The translations under genes and the position numbers were made by a program. DNA of 63,599 bases, the filler included, from Hyphochytrium catenoides (lineage: Eukaryota > Protista > Hyphochytriomycota): NCBI GenBank assembly GCA_900088475.1. It is 9 parts of 9 records of this genome, joined end to end, with 100 filler letters (N's around TTAATTAATTAA, not from the genome) between each part and the next. Parts side by side here need not be neighbours in the genome. Positions count along the whole stretch, not along the records: positions 1 to 20,880 come from FLMG01003566.1; positions 20,981 to 22,486 come from FLMG01004120.1; 7 more parts are not named here. One strand, 5' to 3'. The notes beneath the pieces are model-generated. The model did no database searches. It was not told the origin of the DNA and saw only the letters and a list, made by a program, of their open reading frames with translations. Of the stretch, positions 11,227 through 22,586 are shown piece by piece. Position 1 is the first letter of the stretch, and the number at the start of each line of letters is the position of its first letter.

Positions 11227-12405
11227 CTACGCTGGACTGCTCGTGCTGTCAATGCTGCTGTCGATCGTCGCCGCGTTCTCCACCATTCTCACTCGGCTCT
11301 TGATCAGCACACAGTCCTGACGGTGCTTATATCCACTATAGATAAGCTTAGCAATCAAGACCAAGATTGTCATCCCTCGATTGAGACAGAACTCACTCAG
11401 AGAGATGCTCCATTGAGAGGACGAAGAAGAAGAAGAAGAGCTTTGAGCGTCTCCTCCTCGGCCTGTCAACATCGTCTCTTCTCTTCCCTTCAGCTGCTTT
11501 TCCTCGAGACGGCCCGTTGATAAGTCAAACTGATAGAGGCGAGTCGTTCCGCCTATTCCTAGGTATAAGCCACCGAGAACTAGAGCGTAGAGCGTGAAGT
11601 TGAAGAGCAAAGACGGCCAGAGTGTCTTCCTTGCTTCCAGGGCAAAGCTGTCATAGAAGAGAAAGATGACGCAGAAGCCGAAGAAGAAGGCCAAGAGACA
11701 GAGGAGACGAGACGGCCGGCAGTCAAAGAGAATCCACATCGCACATTGACAGAGAAAGTGCTCCACCATGAGGAAGTTAGTCTCAAAGAGACGAAGGCAG
11801 CAGAGGACGATGTGCACGTTCATCACCGCAAGAAAGGGCAAGGCGAGCAGGGCAAATGCCAGGACAAGGACGACAGAGAGAGAGACTTCCCAATGCAGGG
11901 CCAAGCTTGGACCAAAGAGAAGGGTAAAGATGCACATCCACGCGATAGTGTTGCTTGTCCATAGAAGAGGAAGCTCCCAGCCTTTCACTTTGGACCAGAG
12001 CTTCGTAGCGCGCCTTCCAAGAAGGAGCTGCATCATCGTCTGTTGACTCTGCGGCATTGTTAGCGGGACAAAGGGAAAGACAGCCAGGAGTGCCTTTCTG
12101 GGCTCTGTCAATGAAGATCTGCTAAAGACGTCAGCGACACTCGGGCTGCTGCTGCTCTGCCCAGCCTTTCTCTCTCCTCCTGGTTGTTGTCCAGAAGAAG
12201 AAGAGAGAAGAGAGAGACGGCCTGCGCCGCTTAAGAGAGAGGTGGATGGCATCTCCTGAAGGATCTTCTCTATCTCTGCCGCTAACAGGAGAAGGTCTCT
12301 CCTGCAGTGCGCCCTGAGGGACGGGCGCGTCTGCAGGTAGGCCATCAGAGGCTTACAGAGATGACTCGTGGTTGACAGCCGCTGCTGTTGCGAAGAGGAC
12401 TGCAT
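11227..12405 (-). CDS. Intronless multi-pass membrane protein of unknown function (~392 aa)
   Basis: Long non-repetitive ORF from MQSSS (ATG 12405). About 6-7 hydrophobic segments (e.g. IAWMCIFTLLFG, VSLSVVLVLAFALLALPFLAV, LLCLLAFFFGFCVIFLFY, SLLFNFTLYALVLGGLYLGI, GMTILVLIAKLIY), ending ...QDCVLIKSRVRM. Confidence 0.75.
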   Translation of the reverse strand: MQSSSQQQRLSTTSHLCKPLMAYLQTRPSLRAHCRRDLLLLAAEIEKILQEMPSTSLLSGAGRLSLLSSSSGQQPGGERKAGQSSSSPSVADVFSRSSLTEPRKALLAVFPFVPLTMPQSQQTMMQLLLGRRATKLWSKVKGWELPLLWTSNTIAWMCIFTLLFGPSLALHWEVSLSVVLVLAFALLALPFLAVMNVHIVLCCLRLFETNFLMVEHFLCQCAMWILFDCRPSRLLCLLAFFFGFCVIFLFYDSFALEARKTLWPSLLFNFTLYALVLGGLYLGIGGTTRLYQFDLSTGRLEEKQLKGREETMLTGRGGDAQSSSSSSSSSQWSISLSEFCLNRGMTILVLIAKLIYSGYKHRQDCVLIKSRVRMVENAATIDSSIDSTSSPA

Positions 12406-13695
12406 TTTCCTCAGTCTCTCCACTTCTCTTCTCTCTCCCCTACTCTCTCTCGCTCTCTCTTTGTATCTGTTTTTGTCTCTCTCTCCTTCCTCTCTTTTTC
12501 TCTCTCTCTCTCTCTCTCTCACAAACTCTATGAACTGTTCTTTATCCTATCTGTGTGTCGTCCGTGCTTTCCGTTATGCAGGAGAAGAGAGAGGGACGGT
12601 GATGTCAGCGAGTTTAGTTCTCTTCCTTCTCCTCTCTTTCTCTTTCTCTTCTCTCGATCTCTACTTCTCATAAGAAGCAAGATGTCGGGCCAAACAGTGA
12701 TGCTCCTCCCGATGATCAAAAGAAGCGAAGACAAACAGAAAGAGTCCCTCGAAAGATAATATCTATCTATCTATCAACAGGGTAAACTGCTATCAACTAC
12801 ACCTCACTCTGTCTTGCCAATGTTATTAGGAGAGAGAAGAAGAGCGACATCAGCCAAGAACAAGAGAGTCAGCTACTTTCTCTCCTCAATATGGTGGTGA
12901 TGAGGAGCCAGGCATGCTCTCTCGCCGAAGAGAGCCGGCCACTCTTTCTCCTCTGCCCTCTTTACGCTCTCCTCTACCCTCACCACGCTCTTCTTTCTTG
13001 TTCTCTCTCTCTCTCCCTTCTTTCTTGTCCCTGGTCACTCTTCCTCTCGATACTCACTTCTCCCGACTCTCTTCTTCTTCTTCTCTCTCTCTCTCTCTTT
13101 CCTTCCTGCTACTCTCATACTCTCTTCATTGTGGCCTCCCGCTCCCACCGGAGGTTCTTACCACTGTGACGTCGCAAGCCATCTTATAAGATATGAGAAA
13201 CAGCCCTTAAGAACGCCAAGAAGCGAAGAGAAGACGCAGGAGAGAGAGAGAGAGAGAGACAAACGGAAATGGTGAGCATCTCTCTCCTTCTTCCCCTCCT
13301 TGCTGCTGACACTGATCATCAAGTCATGGGGGGATAACCTCTTATCCCCTGGGTGGGGCGAGGATGGCACCCGTTAGGGAGGAAGGACAACAGGTGGAGG
13401 GTTGCCTGGGGGCCCCAGGGGGAGGAGCGGTGTCGAGGGAGGGGAGAGGCGCGGGCCATCAAGGGGGAAGGTGTTCAGAATAATGAGGCAGGGCGGGGAA
13501 GGGACAGCGGGCAGATCTCATTATTATCGGCCTTTTATTATAGAAAATGTTAAGGGACTATGCTTTGGAGGAAAGGTGGAGAGACGGGCCGGGCCATCAT
13601 CAAGTGTAACGACCACAGCGATATCCAGAATAAAGCCCATTCAGATTCTATGTGATGACTATATTTTCTTTCCTGGTGAGAATCTTCCCGTCGGG

Positions 13696-13750
<55 letters not shown>

Positions 13751-15101
13751 ATCTATCCTTTCCGCTTTGTATGCTGTCTCCCTCGGTTGGTTGTCTCTCT
13801 TTTTTGCGGTCTCCCTCTCTCCTCTCTAGTGTCTCATTGCGTTTCTTTCGCTTGTCTCTTATTTGTATCAAAAACCTTCTCTCGCTTCCCCCCTCTTTCT
13901 CTCTCCTGCTGTCTCTTTCTGTTGCTGTCTCTTCTCTCTTTGTTGTCTCTTCTCTTCTGCCTGTGCACTATGTCTCCTCTCGTCCTATTCAGTGCGAACC
14001 ATCATCACCAGTGAGGTCCCTCGATGGTCCCATCGGTCGGTCGGGGAGCTCTCCCCTCTGTTGCTGCTTTCTCCTTTCTCTCTCTCTTCAGAAGAGGTCT
14101 CTTTCTTCTTCTTATTCCCTCTTTCCGTGTTGTGTCTCTTTGACAAGTACGCTATCGTGCTTCTCTCTCTCTGTGTCTCTCTCCTCACCCCCTCTTTCCC
14201 CCCACCTCTCTTTCTGTCTCTCTCTCTCTCTCTCTTTCTCTTTCTCTCTTTCCTTTCTCTTTCTCTCTTTTCTTTGTCTCTCTCCCATTCTCTCTCTCTC
14301 TGTCTCTCTCTTTCTTTCCCCCCAACTCTCTGGCACACATCGCTTCTCAATCATCATGGTTTAGGCTTGTCTATCTGCTGCTTGTCTTTTCGCCTTTCTC
14401 TCTTCTTCAGCAACCCGAAAGGCAGTGCTCGCTCATCCTTCTTTTCTATATCCTCCTTACTCTCTGTCTCTCTCTCTCTCTCCGTCTCTCTCTCTCTCTC
14501 CTCTCCGTCTGTCTCTCTCTCTTTCTCTCTCCCTATCTAGTTAGTTATGCTCGTTTCTTTCTTCTTCTTGGCAAGATCTCCTCGTAGTCTCAAGTTTCTT
14601 CCTTCTCTTTCTTTTTCTTCCTCTATTTCTTGTCAGAGTTTCTGTGGAAGGCCACTCTGGCAGGGGCTAATTTGTAGACAGAAAGCAAAGCGAGAGAGAG
14701 AATGTGAGAGAAGAGAGAGAAAGCGAGAGAGAGAAGAGAAAGAGAGAGCGAGAGAGGACGGCAGCAGAGAGAAAAAGAAGAGGATGATCTGGAGAGAAGC
14801 CCATTTAAAGAGATATCTCTTCAAAGTAGTCTAAAAAGTATAAGCGAGCCTTTGGAAAGAGGAGTGATATACCTCTTTCTTCTGCCTATTCTTGTTCGTG
14901 CTCTCTCTCTCTTTCTTTCTCTTTCTCTCACTCTCTCTGATTCTGTTTCTTCTCTTTCTTTTTTTCCTTTTCTCCCCAACCTTGTGACCAGCTATTATTG
15001 CCGTCTTCAACTCTCACACTTCCAAGATCCTTAGCAGCAGTCAGCAAGGAAGGAGAAAGGAACGACAGAGAGAAAGAGAAAACAGAAGGAAAGAGAGAAA
15101 G

Positions 15102-16201
15102 TCAACGAGTCTCTCTCTCTTCTCCTGGGATCTCTATGTCTGGATGCTGTGCCACGCAACGATTGAAAGGATCAAGGATCATCTTCAAAACCTCTTTCTC
15201 TGTCTCCTGCAGATTTTCTTCCAGGAGAGAGACCGAGAAGGCAGCTTCTTCTTCTCTTCTTTTTCTCTCTACTGCTGCTGCTTGTCTCTCCCCTTCTCCC
15301 GCCTCAATAGCAGGAGAAGAGAGAGAGGCATTCGAGGGAGAAGAAGAGAGAGAAGAGAGAGAGGAAAGACTGCGGATCTGCGCCTCTAGCGCCATTCTTA
15401 GCTCCATGCTAACGTTTATCTGGTTCAAGCTGGAAGTCTCTAAGAAGCCAACGCGGATCTCTTCCAGTTTCTGCAGCCTTTCCGAGAGAGAGAGAGAGAG
15501 AGAGAGACGATACTGCTGGATTGCTTCTATGTAGAGAATGTTTTCCACGGCAAACTCTTTGATGAGATAATCGCGGAAGAGACTCTTCACGTGCTCAGAC
15601 TCTAAGACTTTCTTCAGCACTGCGATGCTTTTCACTTTCTTCTGAGGCTTCTTTGCCGCGCTGGTGGGAGAGAGAGAGGATGCTCCAGCAACAGGAGAGA
15701 CACTGACCCTCAATTTCTTCTTCTGGATACTAAAGACAGAAGAAGATGAACGTGGAGAAGAGAGAGAAGAAGAAGAGTTTCTCTCTCCTCTTCCTCCTCC
15801 TCCTCCTCCTGCTGCTGCGGAAGAGCTGTTGTTGCTGTTAATGCTTTGAGATCTCTCTCTCTTTCTTGACAACTTCCACGGGACAAAGCCCAAGGCATAG
15901 GCAAAATAGGCGTAAGAGATGAACCAGCTAATGACTTCAATGCTTCTGAGCCAGGGGAGAGACGCAGGAGAGAGATAATACGGGCTGATGAAGGTGTTGA
16001 AGCCTCTTGCAGGGACAGATGTTAGGGCAAACACCACGGCTACCCGGGCAAATCCGCTGGTGATCTTGAACTCTTCCTGGATGTGCCGCAGCCCCACGCC
16101 GATGACGATGACGAAAGACGCGAAAGCAATGGGAAGGCCTATGAAGATTATACGCTACGCATGATAGGGGGAGAGGGAGGGGGAGAGAGAGAGAGAAGAG
16201 G

Positions 16202-16232
<31 letters not shown>

Positions 16233-17231
16233 CGAGTGAGAAGGGAAGGGAGAGAGAGATAGACAGAGTGTATTCAAGAGCGAAAGGGTAGAGAAATAGA
16301 GGAGAAGAGAGGGAGAGGAGAAAGAGAAGAGAGAAAGAGATGTTAGAGAGAGAAGACATGTTCAGCTGAGATAAGATATACCCGGCTTTGTATGGAGAGA
16401 CACAGAGAGAGAGAGAGAGAGAGAGAAAGATAAGTAGATACATAGACCGATGGAAAGAGAGAGAGAGTAAGATAGAGAGAAAGAGAGAGGCAAAATGCAC
16501 CGACAATGGCAAACAGGAGGAAGAGTGTAAACTCCCCAAAACTGAACGATCCTCTACCCATCTCTTCCCCTAGCCCCTCACACTGCTTTCCCATCACTCC
16601 TTTCTTTCTTTCCTCTCTCTCTTTCTCTTTCTTTCTTATAGGAACTGACCAATCTTCTCCTTTGTCTTACCGTCACAAGCCATCCATACGCACACTGCTC
16701 TCTCCCTTCCCTCGGTGACAGGAGATAATCCGCGGCCATAAGAGAGAGAACAGGCACAACCAGAAGAAAAGAGAGAGAGAGAGAGAGCCCCATCAGCCAA
16801 CGTGGGCGAAGGACTGTCTTCAGATAAAGTTCTCCCAGGAAATAGTCTCCTGGCGCCGCTCTCTTCGCCCTAAAGAGCTGCACATAGTAGCAGCACTGCA
16901 CGTACCAGATGAGCATCACCGTGGAAGAGTACCAGGGGAGATATCCAAGCACAGGGTAATAGAAGGACATCATTGCGAGACAGAGCGGGTTATAAAAGAC
17001 AGAGTCAGCCGTGGCGGCGATCATAGAGAAAGGCGCGCCTCCTATCGCCGTGGCTTGCAGCCAAAAAGGCGCGACATTGAGAGGAAAGCAGTCTTTTCTC
17101 TTCCACATGAGAAAGAGAAGAGGCGCAGTGCTGAGAAAGAAGAGAACGTGGCAAGAGATGCCGAGAGGAGAGGAAGACGCACGGATATCGATAGCAGAAG
17201 AAGAGAGAGACTGCTCTTCTCTTTCCGTCAT
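15102..17231 (-). CDS. 7TM-RGS protein (N-terminal multi-TM region + C-terminal RGS domain), 2 exons
   Basis: Exon 1 17231-16671 (ACG|gtaag) and exon 2 16154-15102 (cgtag|CGT) join in phase 0, giving 537 aa. TM region has MWKRKDCFPL and LRHIQEEFKI linkers. RGS motifs: LFRDYLIKEFAVENILYIEAI, SSLNQINVS, EVLKMILDPFNRC. Confidence 0.88.
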
Positions 17232-17251
17232 TGTTGAGAATATGTAAGAAG

Positions 17252-17293
<42 letters not shown>

Positions 17294-17800
17294 AGAGAGA
17301 AATGTCTATCTCCTCCGGGTCACATCGACAGTAGTGCTCTTGTTAGGCAAACGTAGAAGAGCCGAAAGGAAAGAGAGAGGAAGATGGAAAAGAAAGAGTT
17401 GAAAAAGAGAAGAGAGAGAGAGAAAGAGAGAGAAAGAGAGAGATATGAGAGCTGAGAATGAACAAGACGTAACAGACGAAAGATGAGATGGAATATGGAG
17501 AGGATAAAAGTTGGCTTCTTCTTCTCCCTGATGGTAGCTTTCTACTGAGGAAGAAGATTGCTCCCGCTAAGAAAATGTTGGCAGGTTCTTTGCAATTTGG
17601 ATGACGGTACCAGCAGACAATAGGTTCTCTCTCTCTGTCGCTCTCTCTCTTCTCTCTTTATCACTCGTCCTTTCTCCTTCAATATCTTCAGATCTTGCCT
17701 TTGGTCACTGTTGACCTCCAAGAAAGAGACAGTTAGACGGTGCGCGGTCTTCTTCTTCAGTTAGTTCTCTCCTCTTCCCTCCTCTCTCTTGCGGCCACTC

Positions 17801-17838
<38 letters not shown>

Positions 17839-18814
17839 NNNNNNNNNNNNNNNNNNNNNNNNNNNNNNNNNNNNNNNNNNNNNNNNNNNNNNNNNNNNNN
17901 NNNNNNNNNNNNNNNNNNNNNNNNNNNNNNNNNNNNNNNNNNNNNNNNNNNNNNNNNNNNNNNNNNNNNNNNNNNNTCCCCCTCTCTCTTTCTCTCTCTC
18001 TCTCTCTGTCTCTCTCCCCCTCTCTCTTTCTCTCTCTCTCTCTCCCTCTCTCTCTCCCCTCTTCTCTCGTCGTACATAGTAGCTTTCCATCTCCTCGCTC
18101 TCATTCCGCGCCGCCCCTCTTGACAACTGTCTCTCTCCCTCTCATCCTCCATCAGCGCTGCCCTTCCGCCGCGTTGCTCCCGTATCACTTGGCTCCTGGT
18201 CTTCTTTACATCCCTTATTATTCTTCGCTGCTTCTCTCTCTCTGGCTCTCTTTCTCTCTCCTAGCTCTCCTGGTGGTGTCTCTCTCTTTCTTTCATTTCT
18301 CTTCTTCTCTCTATCACCTCTCTTCCTCTACTACTTTCTTGTGTTACTATCTTGGCTTTTTGTTCTTGTCCCTCCCTCCTCCCTTTCTTCTCTCTCTCTC
18401 CTCTCTCTTGTCCCCTCTCTCTCTCTCTCTCTCTCTNNNNNNNNNNNNNNNNNNNNNNNNNNNNTCTCTCTTTCTCTCTCTCTCTCTCTCTCCCGCTCGC
18501 TCTCCGTGCTAGTCACAAGAGGAATACGATCAAATGCTGCTTTGACAGGTACAAACAAAACGGTCGCGTCAAACCCACGCATCGTTCCCTCCATAGAATA
18601 AACCCTACAACTGATGTTGTGGGAGTGTAACCCCTACAGATGGGGGAGACCGCCTCCCCCTGTGCTTCCTTCTCTCTCTCTTCCTTTACCTCTTCTTCTC
18701 TCTCTCTCCTCTTTTTCTGGATCAGTAGAGATGCCTCTCCCCGCCGAAGAGTTGCTCTATTAGGTTTCAAGGTATAAGAAGAGATGCCCCTGGATGATTG
18801 ACATGTGGGCTAGA

Positions 18815-19020
18815 GGCCTCTCTCTGTCTCTCTCTGTCTCTCTCTGTCTCTCTCTGTCTCTCTCTGTCTCTCTCTGCCTCTCTGTCTCTCTGTCTCTCTC
18901 TGTCTCCCTGTCTCTCGCTTTCTCTTTCTGTCTCTCTGTCTCTCTGTCTCTCTTTCTCCCTCTCTCTCCCCCGCCTTCTCTGTCTCTGTCTCTGTCTGTC
19001 TGTCTCTCTCTCTTCTTTGT
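18815..19020. repeat. (TCTCTGTCTC)n 10-bp period satellite
   Basis: Tandem tctctgtctc units seen directly. Confidence 0.75.
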
Positions 19021-19526
19021 GTGTCTCCCTCCAGGTCTCTCTCGCTGTCACGCTGTCACGCCGTCTCTCTCGTTTACTCTCTCTCTCCTCCCTCTCTCTC
19101 TCTCTCTCTTTCTTCTTTCTCTCTCTTTCTTCCTCTCTCTCTCTCTCCCTCTCTCTCACACACATCATATTCTCTCTCTCTCTCTCCCTCTTACTTCTCT
19201 GTCCCCTTCTTTTATCTCTCTTCATCTTTACCTTCATCCAGTCTTTTCTCATCCTCTCCTTCTCTCTCTAGGATGTCTCCTCAATCTCTCTTTTTTTCTG
19301 TAATCTGTTTCTTCCTGCCTTTATCTCAATTCTCTAGACCTTTTTTTCTCTCTCTTCTCTCTCCTCTCTTCTCCTCCGCTCACGTCCTGCGATCTCAATC
19401 TCTCTCTCCCCCTCTCTCCCTCTCAGCCTCAGTCTCTCTCTCTCTCCCAGCCTCACTCTCTCTTTTTCTGTCTCAGTCTTCTTCCTTTCTCTCGCTGTAA
19501 TCACCCCACCCCTTTTCCTTTCTCTT

Positions 19527-19571
<45 letters not shown>

Positions 19572-19702
19572 ACATCAGTCGCTCGAGTCACGTCCGTCTC
19601 TTCATTATTTTCTGCAATAAGAAAGATTATGCTGTTCCTATCTTTCCCCTTTTTTTCCTCTCTCTCTTGTCTGGCGCTCTGTTCCTTCAACTTTATCCAC
19701 CC

Positions 19703-19736
<34 letters not shown>

Positions 19737-20880
19737 TTCTCTTGCTCTTTTCTCTTTCTTCTCCCTCTCTCAATCGCTATTCTTCTAACTTTCCTCTTGA
19801 TCACTCTCGTGTTCTTCTCTTTCTTCTTTCTTTTTTCTCTCTCTCTCTCCTCTTTTTTTCTCTCTTCCTTTCACTATTTCTTTCTTGATCCCCGCCCACT
19901 TTCTCTTCGTTATCTTCCAAAAGAGAGAGACGAAGAGAAAAGAGAAGACAGATGGAGATAAATAAAGGAAAGAAAGTAAACGCCCTTTCCTTAACAGGGA
20001 AGACAATATCAGGAGAAAAGAGAGGTTAAGAGAGAAAAAAAAAAGCGACATGGGAAAGAGAAGAGACGAAAGAGAAGAGACGAAGAGAAGAGAAGGGAGA
20101 GAAGAAGGAGAAGAGAAGGGAGAGATGAAAGAGATGGGCAAAGTAGAAAAAGACGAGGGAAAGAAGAGGAGATGGAGGATCGTGGAGGAAGAGAGGAGAG
20201 AAGAGAGAGAGAAAAGGCCACGATGAGAAAGAAAAAAAAAAAGAAAGGGACAAGAAGAAGAAGAAGAAGACGAGGGAAGAGAGACAGCAAACAGGCAGAG
20301 GAAAATTAGGAAAGGAGAAAGCGAAAGGAAAAATTAGCAGGAGTAAGACGAAAGGAAGAGACGGAAACGAAGGAAAGAGAAGGTCCAAAGGTAGAATAAG
20401 AGAGAGGAGAGAAGAGAGAAAGACAAGCAAGAGAAGAAGTAAGATAAAGAGAGAGGAAGAAGAGAAAAGGTCAAGCAAGAGACGAAGTAATAAAGAGAGA
20501 GAGGAAAGGATGATAGAACGAGAAGATCACTATGAAGAGGAAAAACAGAGGGAAAGTGAGAGGAGAGAGAGAGGAACAGAAAGAACAAGCAATAATCAAC
20601 GACCTCTTGGCCCTTCCCAGAGGATTGAGAGAGAAAGAGAGAGAGAGACAGGGGAGATAGACAGAGTAGGGTGTAGAAGGGTCGAGGATGCGGTTTGGGG
20701 TTCAGTGACCGCTCAGAGACCGAGAGAAAGAGAAGAGAGAGAGAGAGAGAAGAATGTGGGGAGAGAGAGAAAGGGGACAAGGACCTCGTGAAAAGAGAGT
20801 GAAGAAGCTCCATGTTTATTACTCCGGGGATATTGCACTGACGGAATGAAAAAGGACAATCTTGAGAGAGAGAGAGAGAG

Positions 20881-20980
20881 NNNNNNNNNNNNNNNNNNNN
20901 NNNNNNNNNNNNNNNNNNNNNNNNTTAATTAATTAANNNNNNNNNNNNNNNNNNNNNNNNNNNNNNNNNNNNNNNNNNNN
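20881..20980. other. Artificial contig spacer (N-TTAATTAATTAA-N; stops in all six frames)
   Basis: Same cassette at 22487-22586, 32926-33024, 35491-35590, 37021-37120, 39014-39113, 47994-48093 and 62132-62231. Confidence 0.97.
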
Positions 20981-21429
20981 GCGGTGGTGAGGATGACCCT
21001 TTACGACTCAGAGTACACTAGTAATTAACGCAAACTCATAGCATTGAAGAACGAGGAAGGAGCATCCTAGGAACGGACAGATCCGATCCTGGAGTATAAG
21101 GCGAGGAAGAAAAGGAAGAAAGCCCTCACATAATAACCTTCGTCCCACCTTCTTTCCTCATCTGAAGAAAGGAGAAACTCTCTGCTCATTTCTTCTTTTG
21201 ATCAAGGACACTGCGATTATTTTTATTCGACCCTAGACCGAAGGCGCGCTGCTGCCCTACCAGGAGCTCGAGGGTGATAGAATATATCCCTACGTTTTCA
21301 ATAGAGAAAAGAGGAACTAGGACCACCAGGCTTTCTGTCTGCCGTAAGCCTCTTCTGAGGACATGAGTATCTAACTTTGTCATGAGTGGAGCTGTCCAGT
21401 GTTACTTTTTTGTGAGGTCCGTAATAGGT

Positions 21430-21935
21430 TCTCTTTAGCAGATTATCTTTCTTCAGGAGGTTGCCTACCCGATGGCGATCGACTCTCACGCATGGGCTCG
21501 AAGTATTGCGGTAATCTATCCCGTTACCGCCACCAGAGCTTTTCTCATAGGGGGAGCATACGCCCCTTTGCCGTTGTTCTTCAACAAATATGAGGATTGG
21601 GGCCCTCCCCATCGTCCTTTGCCCTCACTTGATGAGCTTATCATCGCCGCTGAGTGGTCATACGAATGCCGTCGAGGAAGATCTTACCCTAGTACTGCCA
21701 GATACCGCTATTTATGCTACAAGAACCTTTTCTCCAGATGAAGGATCTCCCACAAGGTGCAATCACATCACCACCACTCGCGCTGTTACCTAGGAGTGCT
21801 GTTGGGAATAGTAGGAGGCTGGAGGATGACCTCCCGTAGATAATGTCGAGCGCTATGAGCTGCCATATACGTCTACAGTGAGAGGCGATGAAGCCCCTCG
21901 ATGGACGCTAATCCTCTTCTCAAGCGCCATCTCTA
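21430..21935 (+). mobile_element. Decayed non-LTR retrotransposon (LINE) APE-endonuclease relic
   Basis: Ordered degenerate EEP/APE motifs: QIIFLQEV (~21439), LIGGAYAP (~21545), ELIIAAEW (cf. IIxGDFN), TRCNHI (cf. SRIDYI), and W-x-x-NPLL across a frameshift (~21900). Broken by stops and frameshifts. Confidence 0.55.
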
Positions 21936-22586
21936 GCTCCAAACAACGGCCGGTTCTAACAGCTTGCTGCCGGGTACCGGAAGGATCCTCGATGCATAAC
22001 GAGAAGAGAGGTCGCTAGGCCAGAGATCAGATCCTCTACGTCAAGGAAACCGGGCCTCAAGAACTACTAGCAATGGACTGTCGCAATAAGTCCTTCCATC
22101 GCTATCAAAAATAGAAGAGAGCAGCTGAGAGAGCTTCGTTTCACATCGACCAAGAAGTTGAACAGAAACCTCACACCACATCTCTTCTGCTGCAGTTTTC
22201 TTACCAGAGAACTCGTAGCCATGCAAGTGATGGATTTGTACAAAATCTGCGGCAATAAGTGCCGTCAACGGCCACATCCGCCTGAAGATTGCTGATGTCT
22301 GACTCTGTGGGAACGATTCCTCGAGGTAGTGATTGGCCCCTGTTGGGCCCTGTTGACGAAGAGTCAAATGACAGTGAAATAGAAAGGAATCAACAAAAGG
22401 AAAGCGTCCTCATGACCGATGGCTGATGATGATGGATGGATACAGGATGGCTGATCAGTCCTGAGAGATCCCATAAAAGTGGCTCTNNNNNNNNNNNNNN
22501 NNNNNNNNNNNNNNNNNNNNNNNNNNNNNNTTAATTAATTAANNNNNNNNNNNNNNNNNNNNNNNNNNNNNNNNNNNNNNNNNNNN

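Noticed and set aside
20981-22486. Alternative genetic code explaining the in-frame stops
   Set aside because: Intact genes end in TAA, TAG and TGA normally, and this region also has frameshifts, consistent with decay.
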